From a virus (Duplodnaviria; Caudoviricetes): a stretch of DNA of 64,000 nt. The position numbers and the translations under genes were made by a program. This document shows, in pieces, positions 27,374 to 37,700 of this stretch; the stretch's first letter is position 1; each line of letters opens with the position of its first letter. Below the pieces are notes generated by a model. That model was not told where the DNA came from, ran no database searches, and was given only the letters and a program-made list of their open reading frames with translations. The DNA lies in IMG/VR virus record IMGVR_UViG_3300047564_001818. One strand, written 5' to 3'.

Positions 27374-28039
27374 TTAAACTTCGTGAATATCTGGAACTAT
27401 GACTTTCCACGGTTTTGTTGTTTCTAATAAAATTTCGTCAGCATATTTTAGTATTGATATATATCTATTACATCTGTCAATTGCTGATGGTATTTCCAAT
27501 ACTACTGGGTCTTTTAATTTTTCTTCTGTTTGTTGAATTTTATTAAAAATAATAGACTTTATAAACTCTTTGTATCTATCTAAATCTATCGGAGGAAAAT
27601 AAGCATAGGTTACTACTCCATTTTCGTCTACATGCGTTTCTTTTATATCGTAATACCTTACAGCAGAAGGTTCTTCAAAATCAGAAAAACTAAACATGTA
27701 ATTGGGTGCTCCGCTAATGTCACCAATTTGATTTAATTGTTCATTATACTCTGTATTATTTGTATGACCTCTAGATGTTGATAAAAGATCCATCAACAGT
27801 ACATGATTAGGATTATCCGCAGTTAATAGTACAGATCTATGTCTCCAAGTATTAGTAGGATCTGGAAGATCTCCTTCAGACATAAATTGAGGATTTTTTC
27901 CGGTGTTTATGTCAACATAAATCCAGATAGTGTCGGCACCTCGATATGTTGTAGATATTTCTCTATAAGTTGTACCTTCAACATTAAAGTCATCGTTAGG
28001 TGCAGTAAAGACAAATTCTTTTGTAATGTTTTCGCTCAT
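27374..28039 (-). CDS. Hypothetical protein, possible fibre-assembly partner
   Basis: 221 aa ORF directly after the Cys-rich fibre gene; AAGGA SD. Confidence 0.65.
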   Translation of the reverse strand: MSENITKEFVFTAPNDDFNVEGTTYREISTTYRGADTIWIYVDINTGKNPQFMSEGDLPDPTNTWRHRSVLLTADNPNHVLLMDLLSTSRGHTNNTEYNEQLNQIGDISGAPNYMFSFSDFEEPSAVRYYDIKETHVDENGVVTYAYFPPIDLDRYKEFIKSIIFNKIQQTEEKLKDPVVLEIPSAIDRCNRYISILKYADEILLETTKPWKVIVPDIHEV

Positions 28040-28049
28040 AGTTTATTCC

Positions 28050-29087
28050 TTATGTGTTCCAACTTACTAGTATTAGACCCGGACCGCCGATTGTGCCGCA
28101 GCAGCATCCACCGCCGCAAGCAGCTGAACTTTTGCCGCCGCCGCCGGGTAAATTTCCTGCCCAACCACAATAAGCAAAGTTCCCCATACTAAAGTTATTT
28201 TTTTGTTGACGTCCTCCGGCATATGCGGCGCCGCCCACACCCCAATCACAAAAATTCCAAGTGCCGTTATACCCTATCAACGGAGTGCCTTTGCTCCATC
28301 CACACGCTCCGAGTTTGTAAACGTCAAAGCAGGTACAAGTTCTAGCTTCGAAAATTTGATCAATAGTTTTGTATAATGACGAACCTGCAGATAGACTAGT
28401 ATCAACACAAACTTCATTAGATCGGTGTGCAAACCCGGCACAAGTTGATGAACAATACTGTGTAGCACAGTAGCAGGCTGATCCTGCACAACAAGCCATT
28501 GATCCCCCGTTACATGAACCGTTTTGCGCAGTGCTCATACAGTTTGAAATACTGTAGTATTCTGGAAGTGGTGAAGTTGCACTAATACAGTCAGTATCAT
28601 ATCCAGTATTATAATTAACGCCGCAGCCGGAGCACACATAGCTAGTAGCATCTTGTCGACATTGGCCGCCGGTGCCGCCTTCGACGCAACCTACCCAGCT
28701 GCCGATGCCTGCGCCGCCGAGAGTATTACAGTTTGTTAGTCTACTAAATTGCCCGTTATGGCCGCACATACTGCAAAAAGTTAAACAATCACATGCACAC
28801 ACGCAACCGCAAAAACGCATGGGTTGGCCTGTAGTTACAGGTGCTGAACTTCCTTCCCAAACTTTACTAGCATAAGAGCCGCCTTGGCCGCCGGTGCAAC
28901 TCCACGAACAACATCTACCTGGAGCGCCGCCACCGCCTTGGCCCCACATTTCTACTACAACTCGTGTAGCTGTGGCAGGAACACATATACAGCAAGCACT
29001 ACCTGCCAGTATTACACATCTATTTGCACCTGGTGTAGGTCGATTCCAACTTGGATTCCCTATAAATAAATCTCTTAACGTCGCCAT
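28050..29087 (-). CDS. Cys/Gly-rich fibre-tip-like protein
   Basis: 'RVVVEMWGQGGGGA...GGQGGSY' and 'GGPGLILVSW' glycine-rich domain ends; 38 Cys in 345 aa (hand count). Confidence 0.7.
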   Translation of the reverse strand: MATLRDLFIGNPSWNRPTPGANRCVILAGSACCICVPATATRVVVEMWGQGGGGAPGRCCSWSCTGGQGGSYASKVWEGSSAPVTTGQPMRFCGCVCACDCLTFCSMCGHNGQFSRLTNCNTLGGAGIGSWVGCVEGGTGGQCRQDATSYVCSGCGVNYNTGYDTDCISATSPLPEYYSISNCMSTAQNGSCNGGSMACCAGSACYCATQYCSSTCAGFAHRSNEVCVDTSLSAGSSLYKTIDQIFEARTCTCFDVYKLGACGWSKGTPLIGYNGTWNFCDWGVGGAAYAGGRQQKNNFSMGNFAYCGWAGNLPGGGGKSSAACGGGCCCGTIGGPGLILVSWNT

Positions 29088-29114
29088 ATATAATTCCTAT
29101 TAATTCAAATATTA

Positions 29115-29498
29115 TTAAAACACTATTTTCCAATCACTGCCGTAATAAATGCATTTAAAAGAAGCACTAAGATTAACAGTTAAGTCTGCGTCTGCACCTT
29201 CTATGGTATTTCCGTTTCTACCTATTGTGATGTTTTGACTTGAAAAATTTGTTCCGTCTATAATTTCTATTATTCTTCCTTCTGTAGTGGTTGCAGGTAA
29301 AATAATAGCAATGCTACTGCTGGCTACAACATAATAAGATGCGTCCGAGTCTAGCAATGTCTGCGATGAAGTTATAATAGTTGGTCCCAAAATATTTTCT
29401 GTACCTGCTTGTGGAGATAGCAAGCCAGTGGTTGTTAATTTTACAGTAGTAATATTTCCAAAAACATCACTATCAACTGTTCTTAATAATCTACCCAT
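29115..29498 (-). CDS. Small tail-fibre module protein (gp34 N-terminal-repeat-like)
   Basis: 'IILPATTTEGRIIEIIDG...NITIGRNGNTIEG..DLTVN...YYGSDW' pattern. Confidence 0.65.
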   Translation of the reverse strand: MGRLLRTVDSDVFGNITTVKLTTTGLLSPQAGTENILGPTIITSSQTLLDSDASYYVVASSSIAIILPATTTEGRIIEIIDGTNFSSQNITIGRNGNTIEGADADLTVNLSASFKCIYYGSDWKIVF

Positions 29499-29507
29499 TA
29501 TATTTCC

Positions 29508-29828
29508 TTATACAGTTGAAGTTTCTATACCGTATGCTATTGCATTTACACCGGTAGCACTAGAATAAACAACAATGTTTTTTGTAGCATCTAAAACTAA
29601 TCCAGTTCTTTCTAAAACACCTTTTGCAGCAATACTTACGTCATATTCTATATATTCGCTGTTTGCTGGGGTTCCAGTTGCAGATAGTGCTAATCTTACA
29701 GTTACCGCAGTAGCTCCTCTGTTGCAAATTGTGACGTTAGCAACAGTAAAAGTGTCTGCAGGAACAGTATATAGTGTAGTATTAGTTGTCAATGCCAGGT
29801 CTGCTGTTCCTAAAATTCCTGTAGCCAT
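29508..29828 (-). CDS. Small virion beta-sandwich protein (paralog family A)
   Basis: LYTVP...ICNRG...ERTGLVLD; similar to 40207..40536 and 47057..47392; GATAAATA at 29854-29861. Confidence 0.7.
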   Translation of the reverse strand: MATGILGTADLALTTNTTLYTVPADTFTVANVTICNRGATAVTVRLALSATGTPANSEYIEYDVSIAAKGVLERTGLVLDATKNIVVYSSATGVNAIAYGIETSTV

Positions 29829-29863
29829 TTTTGTTTTCTCCGTTATCTATATGTATTTATCGA

Positions 29864-32800
29864 TTATGAATTTAAAAAGTAATTCATTGCAATAGGAACT
29901 CCGCTAACTCCTGCTTTAAGATTTAGTTTAGCTTCTACATCAATCTGTCTAGAATTAGTAGTAGTTATCTCTCTTCCTGATATTCGAACCTGTCCTGCTG
30001 TTACACTATTCACATTAAGAGTAGCAGCGCCGCCGCCAATTTGAGAAGTAATATAAGTTTTTATTGCTTTTTGTGTAGGAACAATATTATCACTGTTGGC
30101 ACTAAAAGTGCCGTCGGTGCTAAATTCTGTAATTGTTGCGCCAGTACCGCCTAATCCAAGTTCACCTAGTGACAATTCTTGTAAACCACTTATATTAAAT
30201 GCATCTGCATTAAGTGTAGCAATACCAGTTGATTGTTCGATCGAGAACAAGTCACCTACTCTAAAGTTACCGTCTTGATCAGTACTTGTAAAGAATACTC
30301 TGCCGCCTGCTGATTCTACTGTTTCTTTTGCAGAATCAGGATTATTTACTGGAGTATTTGGATAGTTGGTATCTATAAAGTTTCCTGTTCCTATGTCTAA
30401 GAAGTCGTGTCCAGTTAATCGAACTTGCGAATATCTGCTTCTAACTTCAATTGCTTCTAAGTGCTCAGGTGCATCACTAATTGAAATTTCTGGACTAACT
30501 TGGAATTGTGCAGTATAATTTCCGAGGGTGCCAGCAAGTTCTCTTACAACAACCAATTTAAAGAATTGTCCAGGTAGCCCTGCAAAGGTCACGTTTGAGC
30601 CTGCTAAAGGTTGTTCAGTTAGTCCTTCGACTCTTACAAAAGAACCTGGTTGATAAATGTCAGCAAAGCCGTCACCTGATACTGTAGCACTTGCAGTTAC
30701 AAAACCTGTTCCTCTGTTGGTCCATGTAGGTTGACCTAAAACTCCGTCTTCTATTCTAACCAGTGTCGGTGCTTCGCTAGTATTATTAGGATCAGTAATT
30801 GTTAACAATGGTGCAGTCACATATCCTGCACCTGGATCTAAAATTAATATTTTAATAATTTTTTCATCTTCTACAACTGCTCTCGCCTTTGCCCTGTCTG
30901 AGTATAGTCCGGAAGGTGCAGCATCAAACACTAGTCTAGGTTCAACTATGTACTGTGTAGTGTTGTCAAGAACTGATTCAATTGAGGCTCCAGCAAGATG
31001 ATTCCATCCAGCTGTTCCATCACTGTCTTTATATATTGTAGCAACTTTTGTGCCACTGTTGTAAGACTGTATGTAACCGTACTGTCCAGCACCAGTTCCT
31101 GCAATAATATATATTGCCATGCCCGTGTACTGTCCGCTTGTAGCAACATCAGTATTTGACAGTGTTATAGTTGTTGTATTTCCGCCTTGTGCAGCATTAG
31201 TTGCTGTAACATATCCTGCTCCGCCAAACTGTCCACTACTGTCGTCTAGATCTAGTAATCTAACTTCAAAAACGCCACCGTTTCTTGCGGTAACGGTATT
31301 AATAGTTGCTCCAAATCCCTCACCTTCTAGAGTAATGGTAGTAGCTCCTGAAGTGTAGCCTTGTCCTGCATTTAGATATTGTAGCGAAAGTATATTATTA
31401 CCATCAGTAAACACACTGTCGACCACAGCTTCAAACGATCTATTCGTTACATTACCAGTTATTGGAACTTCTGTAGAATCAATACCTTCAGACACTGTTC
31501 CAAATGAACCATACGAACTGTTACCGTTTGTTGCACGAATTTTTCCGCCGTTTTCTGCTAGATAACCGATATGAGCATAATAAGAGAACACACTTACAAG
31601 TTCTGTTCTGCCTAGATTAGTGCACCATACACCGATACCATCGCTTACTAATTGTGTAAAGTCGTTAGCAACAATACTGTCATTGCCACCGTTGTGTAGT
31701 GCGCCATCTATTTTACAACCGATACATCCTGTGCCAAATGTTGTTACGTTTTGTACATACGGAGATTTATTAGTAATCCACGCACTGGTATCATCTGGTC
31801 CCCAGCCTGGATCGAGACTAACAAACGCACCTGCACTAGGTCTGCGTGTACCGTAAGCGTTTACAGAACCTAAAGTTCCGATCAACCCTTGTACGGTACA
31901 GTTTCTTAATCCAGTTCCGTTTCTTACATAGAACATATCAAGAGCTGTAGAACCTTGTACTGCGTTTACATAATAACGAGCAGCCATTAGAGACTTATAG
32001 TTGCCTGGATAAATTAAATCGTATTTAACAGCATCTATGTATCTGCTTACGTCTCTTCTGCATTTGTCTTCGTCAAAGCTATACATAGGATACTTGTTTT
32101 TAATCCATGCAATTGCTTCTTCTATTAAAAATGCTCTATTTTTTTCGATAGCTTCTACTGCATAAGTGTGTGCAGTATCGGTATTTGGAGTATTTGATCC
32201 ACTCATAGTCGGAGTTGTACTATCTCCAGTTGCTCCATTAATAGCAAAATCTATATAATCGTGTATTTGCTGGAACAGGTCCGAAGCTTCGGCTGCAACA
32301 GTACTGTCGCCTATAACTGATCCTGTGTCTATAGGATTTTCGAGATTTCCTACAGTTTTTCCAATGCTTTCACTTCCAAATACAACAGGATCTATTATAT
32401 CTCTCAATCTAAGAATAGCATCTAATGTGTACGGAGTATCAGCAGAGCTTACTAGACTACCTGCAGGTTCTATTCTTGTTGAACGAAGTTCATCTCCCAC
32501 TACTGCTGTGTTTCTTGGAATAATAATAGGAAGTACTTCTTGGAACTTTCCAGTTTTTACAAAAATAGTATTGTTAGGAATATATTCTGCAGGTATTCCA
32601 GTAGTTACTCCGGCAGTTACAGCACCGGTCATTATATCTATTAAATTACCAACCACAGTTTGTGCATCTGATTCTTCTGTATAAGCTGCATTTATAGTCT
32701 GTGAAAATGCACTATAGGTAGTGCCAGGAGCCAGATTTGTCAATACTGCATCAATAACAGTTTCCATATATTCTAATGCTGCAACAAACTGTTCATCTTC

Positions 32801-34684
32801 ATCTTGCAGTGCAGTAACTAGACTGCCACTGCTAAAGAAAGATACAGTGTTTAGTCTAGTTTTTTCATTTCCATTATGTGTAAGATCATAGATTATTGCA
32901 TCTAATGCCTTACCAAATTCTACTAACGACAAATACTCACCGTCGTTAGTAAAGCCTGTCCAAATACCACTGCCCCCTGCAATTTGTGCAGTTACCCAAC
33001 CTAGAGTTTCATTTTGAATAAATGCTTTGTTAAGTTCAAGCAGTGTTCTTGCATTAGGTCTTAGTGCACCTTTTTCTACTTGTTCTGTAGCATAGCGCAC
33101 AGTCTTCCAAGGTTGATTTAAGGATGAACCATAAATTGGCGCAGGTTCATCAACACCATTATTAGTTTCTACATAAAATATGTTGTTAATTGCTCCAAGA
33201 TATTTCCATTCAGGAGCAGTTGCAGATTGATTAACTACTAAAACTTGTCCAGTAGTTCCGACTGGTAGTCTAGTCGGGCCTGCACCGCCGTAGTATACAA
33301 TATCTCCTTCGGTGGTCATTACATTGTTTTCAGGGCCGCCTGATAATAAATTCCAGTATGTTCCTACAGTGTCTTGATCAGGACGATTTTGATCAACGGT
33401 TTCATCAGAAGTATGAGCCAGTATACAAATATAACTGTTATTGTTGTATCTTACGGCATCGCCTGCAATATAAACACTAGAATCAGCCCATGCATTTTTC
33501 CAATCAATACCTTCGTTCAGCTTTTCCCAGTAAGTAGTGTTAGTTGGAAGATAACCTGTATAGCTACCATTTAATGCAATCTCAACATCATACAAATGAT
33601 CTCTAATACATAGATATGTGTATCCGCCATAGCGAACAACGTCACCTACACGATAATCTTGCGCAGAACTGTCGTCTGCATAGCTACCTCTAAAATTAAA
33701 TCCAGTAACATATAACGCCCATGCGTTGGTATTTTGAGTAGGTATCTGACTTATATTATCAGCTTTAGCAATATACGAGTAACCACCGTATGTTACAAAG
33801 TCGCCTTGTTGATATCTAGTTGTGCTATTCCAGCTGTCTTCAAATTGTAGGCCTTCGATGAATTCGTTCCACTTTGAACTATCATCTGTTAGATCAGTCT
33901 GACTAGTGTGAGCAGTAATACAAATTCTAACGCTGCCGCCGTACTTTACTAGATCATTAACTTTATACCTAGTTGCAGTATTCCAATCGCCTTTGTATTC
34001 TACACCTTTTGAAAATACGTCCCACTTAGATTGGTCGTTTTCTAGACCTAATGCATCAGTAGCTGCACTAGTGTGTCCTTGATTACAAATATAGATTTGT
34101 CCGCCATAACGAACTATATCGTTTACAACATATCTAGTACTAGTTGCCCAACTTCCTGTCCATTCTAGACCTTTTGAAAATACGTCCCATTTAGATTGGT
34201 CAGTTTCGAGTCCTAGTGCATTAGTTGCTGCACTAGTATGATCATCAATACAAATGTAAACAGTAGAATTATATTTTACAATATCATTTACTTTATATCT
34301 TACACTAGTTGACCAATCACTTTTCCAATCGAAGCCTTCAGCATATAAATCCCATTTAGATTGATCGTTTTCTAGTCCTAGTGTATTAGTCGATGCACTA
34401 GTGTGTGCAGTATTAGCAATATAGAGGTATCCGCCATATTTTACTACATCATTTTCTTTATAATAAGTTGAAGTAACCCAAGCACCCTTCCATGCCTGTC
34501 CTTCACTTATTTTGTTCCAATATGACGTTTCGTCGATTGCAAAATCGTTTGTAGATGTATGTCCTGATACACAGACATACATGTTTCCGCCATTTTTTAC
34601 AATGTCATCTTTGTAATAGACTGTACTAGAAACCCAATTGTTTTTCCATATAAATCTAATTCTACCTAATTTAAATTCAGCCAT
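29864..34684 (-). CDS. Large fibre/appendage protein (1606 aa): 8 N-terminal CBM5/12-like repeats plus beta-helix-like domain
   Basis: W-x5-Y-x3-D-x-V-x-YGG repeats; KSPYVQNVTTFGTGCIG; C-terminal FFTSTDQDGNFRVG; paralog of 34719..39821. Confidence 0.8.
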   Translation of the reverse strand: MAEFKLGRIRFIWKNNWVSSTVYYKDDIVKNGGNMYVCVSGHTSTNDFAIDETSYWNKISEGQAWKGAWVTSTYYKENDVVKYGGYLYIANTAHTSASTNTLGLENDQSKWDLYAEGFDWKSDWSTSVRYKVNDIVKYNSTVYICIDDHTSAATNALGLETDQSKWDVFSKGLEWTGSWATSTRYVVNDIVRYGGQIYICNQGHTSAATDALGLENDQSKWDVFSKGVEYKGDWNTATRYKVNDLVKYGGSVRICITAHTSQTDLTDDSSKWNEFIEGLQFEDSWNSTTRYQQGDFVTYGGYSYIAKADNISQIPTQNTNAWALYVTGFNFRGSYADDSSAQDYRVGDVVRYGGYTYLCIRDHLYDVEIALNGSYTGYLPTNTTYWEKLNEGIDWKNAWADSSVYIAGDAVRYNNNSYICILAHTSDETVDQNRPDQDTVGTYWNLLSGGPENNVMTTEGDIVYYGGAGPTRLPVGTTGQVLVVNQSATAPEWKYLGAINNIFYVETNNGVDEPAPIYGSSLNQPWKTVRYATEQVEKGALRPNARTLLELNKAFIQNETLGWVTAQIAGGSGIWTGFTNDGEYLSLVEFGKALDAIIYDLTHNGNEKTRLNTVSFFSSGSLVTALQDEDEQFVAALEYMETVIDAVLTNLAPGTTYSAFSQTINAAYTEESDAQTVVGNLIDIMTGAVTAGVTTGIPAEYIPNNTIFVKTGKFQEVLPIIIPRNTAVVGDELRSTRIEPAGSLVSSADTPYTLDAILRLRDIIDPVVFGSESIGKTVGNLENPIDTGSVIGDSTVAAEASDLFQQIHDYIDFAINGATGDSTTPTMSGSNTPNTDTAHTYAVEAIEKNRAFLIEEAIAWIKNKYPMYSFDEDKCRRDVSRYIDAVKYDLIYPGNYKSLMAARYYVNAVQGSTALDMFYVRNGTGLRNCTVQGLIGTLGSVNAYGTRRPSAGAFVSLDPGWGPDDTSAWITNKSPYVQNVTTFGTGCIGCKIDGALHNGGNDSIVANDFTQLVSDGIGVWCTNLGRTELVSVFSYYAHIGYLAENGGKIRATNGNSSYGSFGTVSEGIDSTEVPITGNVTNRSFEAVVDSVFTDGNNILSLQYLNAGQGYTSGATTITLEGEGFGATINTVTARNGGVFEVRLLDLDDSSGQFGGAGYVTATNAAQGGNTTTITLSNTDVATSGQYTGMAIYIIAGTGAGQYGYIQSYNSGTKVATIYKDSDGTAGWNHLAGASIESVLDNTTQYIVEPRLVFDAAPSGLYSDRAKARAVVEDEKIIKILILDPGAGYVTAPLLTITDPNNTSEAPTLVRIEDGVLGQPTWTNRGTGFVTASATVSGDGFADIYQPGSFVRVEGLTEQPLAGSNVTFAGLPGQFFKLVVVRELAGTLGNYTAQFQVSPEISISDAPEHLEAIEVRSRYSQVRLTGHDFLDIGTGNFIDTNYPNTPVNNPDSAKETVESAGGRVFFTSTDQDGNFRVGDLFSIEQSTGIATLNADAFNISGLQELSLGELGLGGTGATITEFSTDGTFSANSDNIVPTQKAIKTYITSQIGGGAATLNVNSVTAGQVRISGREITTTNSRQIDVEAKLNLKAGVSGVPIAMNYFLNS

Positions 34685-34718
34685 TTATTGCTCCGACTTT
34701 ATGTTATTTATTAAATTT

Positions 34719-37700
34719 TTATTTACTACTTCTAGCAAAATACTGTAGGGCAAGAAGTTTACCTTCGAAACCTTGTTTAACGTTTAGCACAACAGGTACG
34801 TCTATTTCTAGGCCTGATGTAGTATCTATTGTAGTTCCTGTTATTCTTACTTGTCCTGAAATTAAAGTGTTGGTGGTTATATCTGAGCCGCCGCCTGTTA
34901 TTCTATTTTCAATATATTTTGCAATAGCTTTTTGTGTAGGAACAATATTATTACTATTCGCTGTAAAATTAGAATCTACGCTAAATTCTCTGATTACAAC
35001 CGGAGTAGTACCAACTTGAATTCCGCCTAATGACAATTCAGTAAGTCCTGCTAAATCAAACTGGCTAGCGTCTACTGTAACAATACCTGTTGATTGCTCT
35101 ACTTTAAATAAACTTCCTACTTTAAAGTTACCGTCTTGGTCGGTGCTTGTAAAGAATACTCTTCCGCCGCCAAATCCTAATGCTTCATTAAACGGCTGTC
35201 TTGCATTTTCCGAAGTTTCACCCTCTGTATATAATTCAGGGTATCTAGTAGATTGTGCATTGCCAGTTCCTATATCTAAAAAGTCATGACCAGTTAGACG
35301 TATTTGACTGAATTGTTTTCTTAGCGTAATAGCTGTGCCTTGATCTGGAGATTCAGCTACTCCTATATTAGGAGTTATTTGTAGAGTAACAGTATACGGA
35401 TGTGGTCCGACTATGTTAATCAATTTAACTACGCTATATAATACATCACCGATTCCAGATATGTTCAAGTTATCTCCAGGCTCGGGTATTGCTCCTAAAT
35501 TGCTTACTTTTAAGAATTTACCAGTTTGATATATTTCTGCAAATCCGTTTCCTGTTATAGTTGCAGTAGCAGTAAAGTAACCTGTACCTCTGTTAGACAT
35601 TTCTGGCTGAGCTAATACTCCGTCGTTAACATATGTTTCAAACACTGCTTCAATAGTATTGTTATTGTCAACAATTTGAACTACTGGATTTGCAGGTAAA
35701 TTACTACCTGGATCATATACTACTATTTGAGAAACTGCTGAGTTAGATATTTTTGCTCTTAAAATTGGTTTAGCGCCAGTGTTAACTATATTCCAGTTAC
35801 TACTGTCATTTCTTACTATTACCCATTTTTCGTCGCCAAATGCACTATCTGTCCAATTACCAGTTTCTCTTAACAAGTACTGAGTACTATCATTGTCAAT
35901 TATTTTCCAAACCGAACCGTCTTGAGATTTAGCTACAGTGTTGCCTATACCTGTTGCAATAAACACACCTTGTGCATAATTTACACGAGTATAAACATCA
36001 GGCGAAGTAATGCTTGATTCAAACCATGTTATTCCGTCGAAACTGTAAACCACTGAGTTTTGTGTCGAATCTTCAGTATCTACAATAGCAACAAATCTTC
36101 CGTTTCCGTATGTTATGTCGTTATAGTTGTTTTGAGGAATTGCGGACGCAGATATTGTCCAATTTATACCATTGTTGGTACTGTATGCAACGTCTCCAAC
36201 TCCGCCGACTCCTATAGCTACTAATTTGTTATTACCGTATTGTAGAAGACTAAAATCTTGTGTTGTTCCGGTTATACTAGAAGTTGACCAAGACACACCG
36301 TGATTACTACTGTAAATTACTTCGTTATTGTTTGTAAGTACAGCTACGTTTCCGTTTCCGTCAGAACTAATATTTAAGAATATACTGTTTAAAGGAAGAG
36401 AAAATGATGCCCAAGTTTCTCCGTTAAGTGAATGTAGTATAGTAGTATGTGGGCTTCCGCTGTTAGATCCTCTAATAGCAAGGAATCGTTCACCTGTATA
36501 AGTTAAGCCGACAATATCATAGTTTGCTCCTAGATTTGCCTCTGTTGCCCAAGTAGTTCCATTGGTACTGTAGGTTGCATATTGACTACTATAAGTTCCG
36601 CTGCCTCCTGTTACTGCAACAAATTTTCCTTCACCGTACACAATAAACTCATAATTTCTATTGTATCCCGTAATAGCAGTATTTGAAAATGTAGGTTCTT
36701 CGACTGTTACTCTAGGTTCAATAGAGTATCTAGTAGTTGAATCTAATAGAGATTCAATAGGCCATCCTGGTTGGAAATGGTCCCATCCGTTGCTTCCGTC
36801 ACTTTCTTTGCTTACAATTGCAATTTTTGTGCTAGAATTATAACCGGTTATTTCTGCGTACTGACCTACTCCTAGACCACTAACAATTACAATTCTTTGT
36901 CCTAAATAATCAGCAGGTGATTGTATATCAGCTTGTGATAATTGTATTTGAGTTTGATCTCCCCCTTGTGCATTGTTTAAAACAAATGTATAGTTAAGTC
37001 CTCCTGGAGTCGAGGAGTCACCTGGATCTAGCATTCTTATGTTAGAAATTGCTCCGTTCCTAAACTCTTTAAATGAGCCAACTGCTCCTGTTCCTGACCC
37101 ATTAAATGATACTGATGCAGAACTATAATCTTGTCCTGCGTGCGAATAGCCAATTGCAAGAATTTTTTGTTCAGCTGTTCCAAAAGTAATGGCCTCTGAA
37201 AACTGTGCTTCTTGCAATCTATTGTTAACTGTTCCTGTTACAGGTGTTTCGCTTGCATCAAAACCTTCAGCTACTGATCCATAAGTTCCGTAGGAATTGT
37301 TACCGTTTGTTGCTCTTAGAATTCCTCCGTTTTCAGCTAGATATCCTATGTGACAATAATATGTGAACACACTTACAAGTTCTGAACGACCTTGATTTGT
37401 AGCCCAATATCCAATACCGTCACTTAACACTTGAGTAAAATCGTTAGCAACAATGGAACGATTTCCACCGTTGTGTAAACTTCCGTCAACTTTTAACCCT
37501 ATACATCCAGTTCCGAATGTTGTAACATTTTGTATGTAGGGAGATTTTGAGGCAATCCATACTGTAGTATCTGCAGGACCCGTTCCTGGATCTAGGCTTA
37601 CGTATGCACCTGCACTGGGTCTTCTTGTTAGATAAATGTTAGGAGAACCTAAAGTACCAGTTAATCCCTGTAGCGTCATGTTTCTTATTCCGCTACCATT

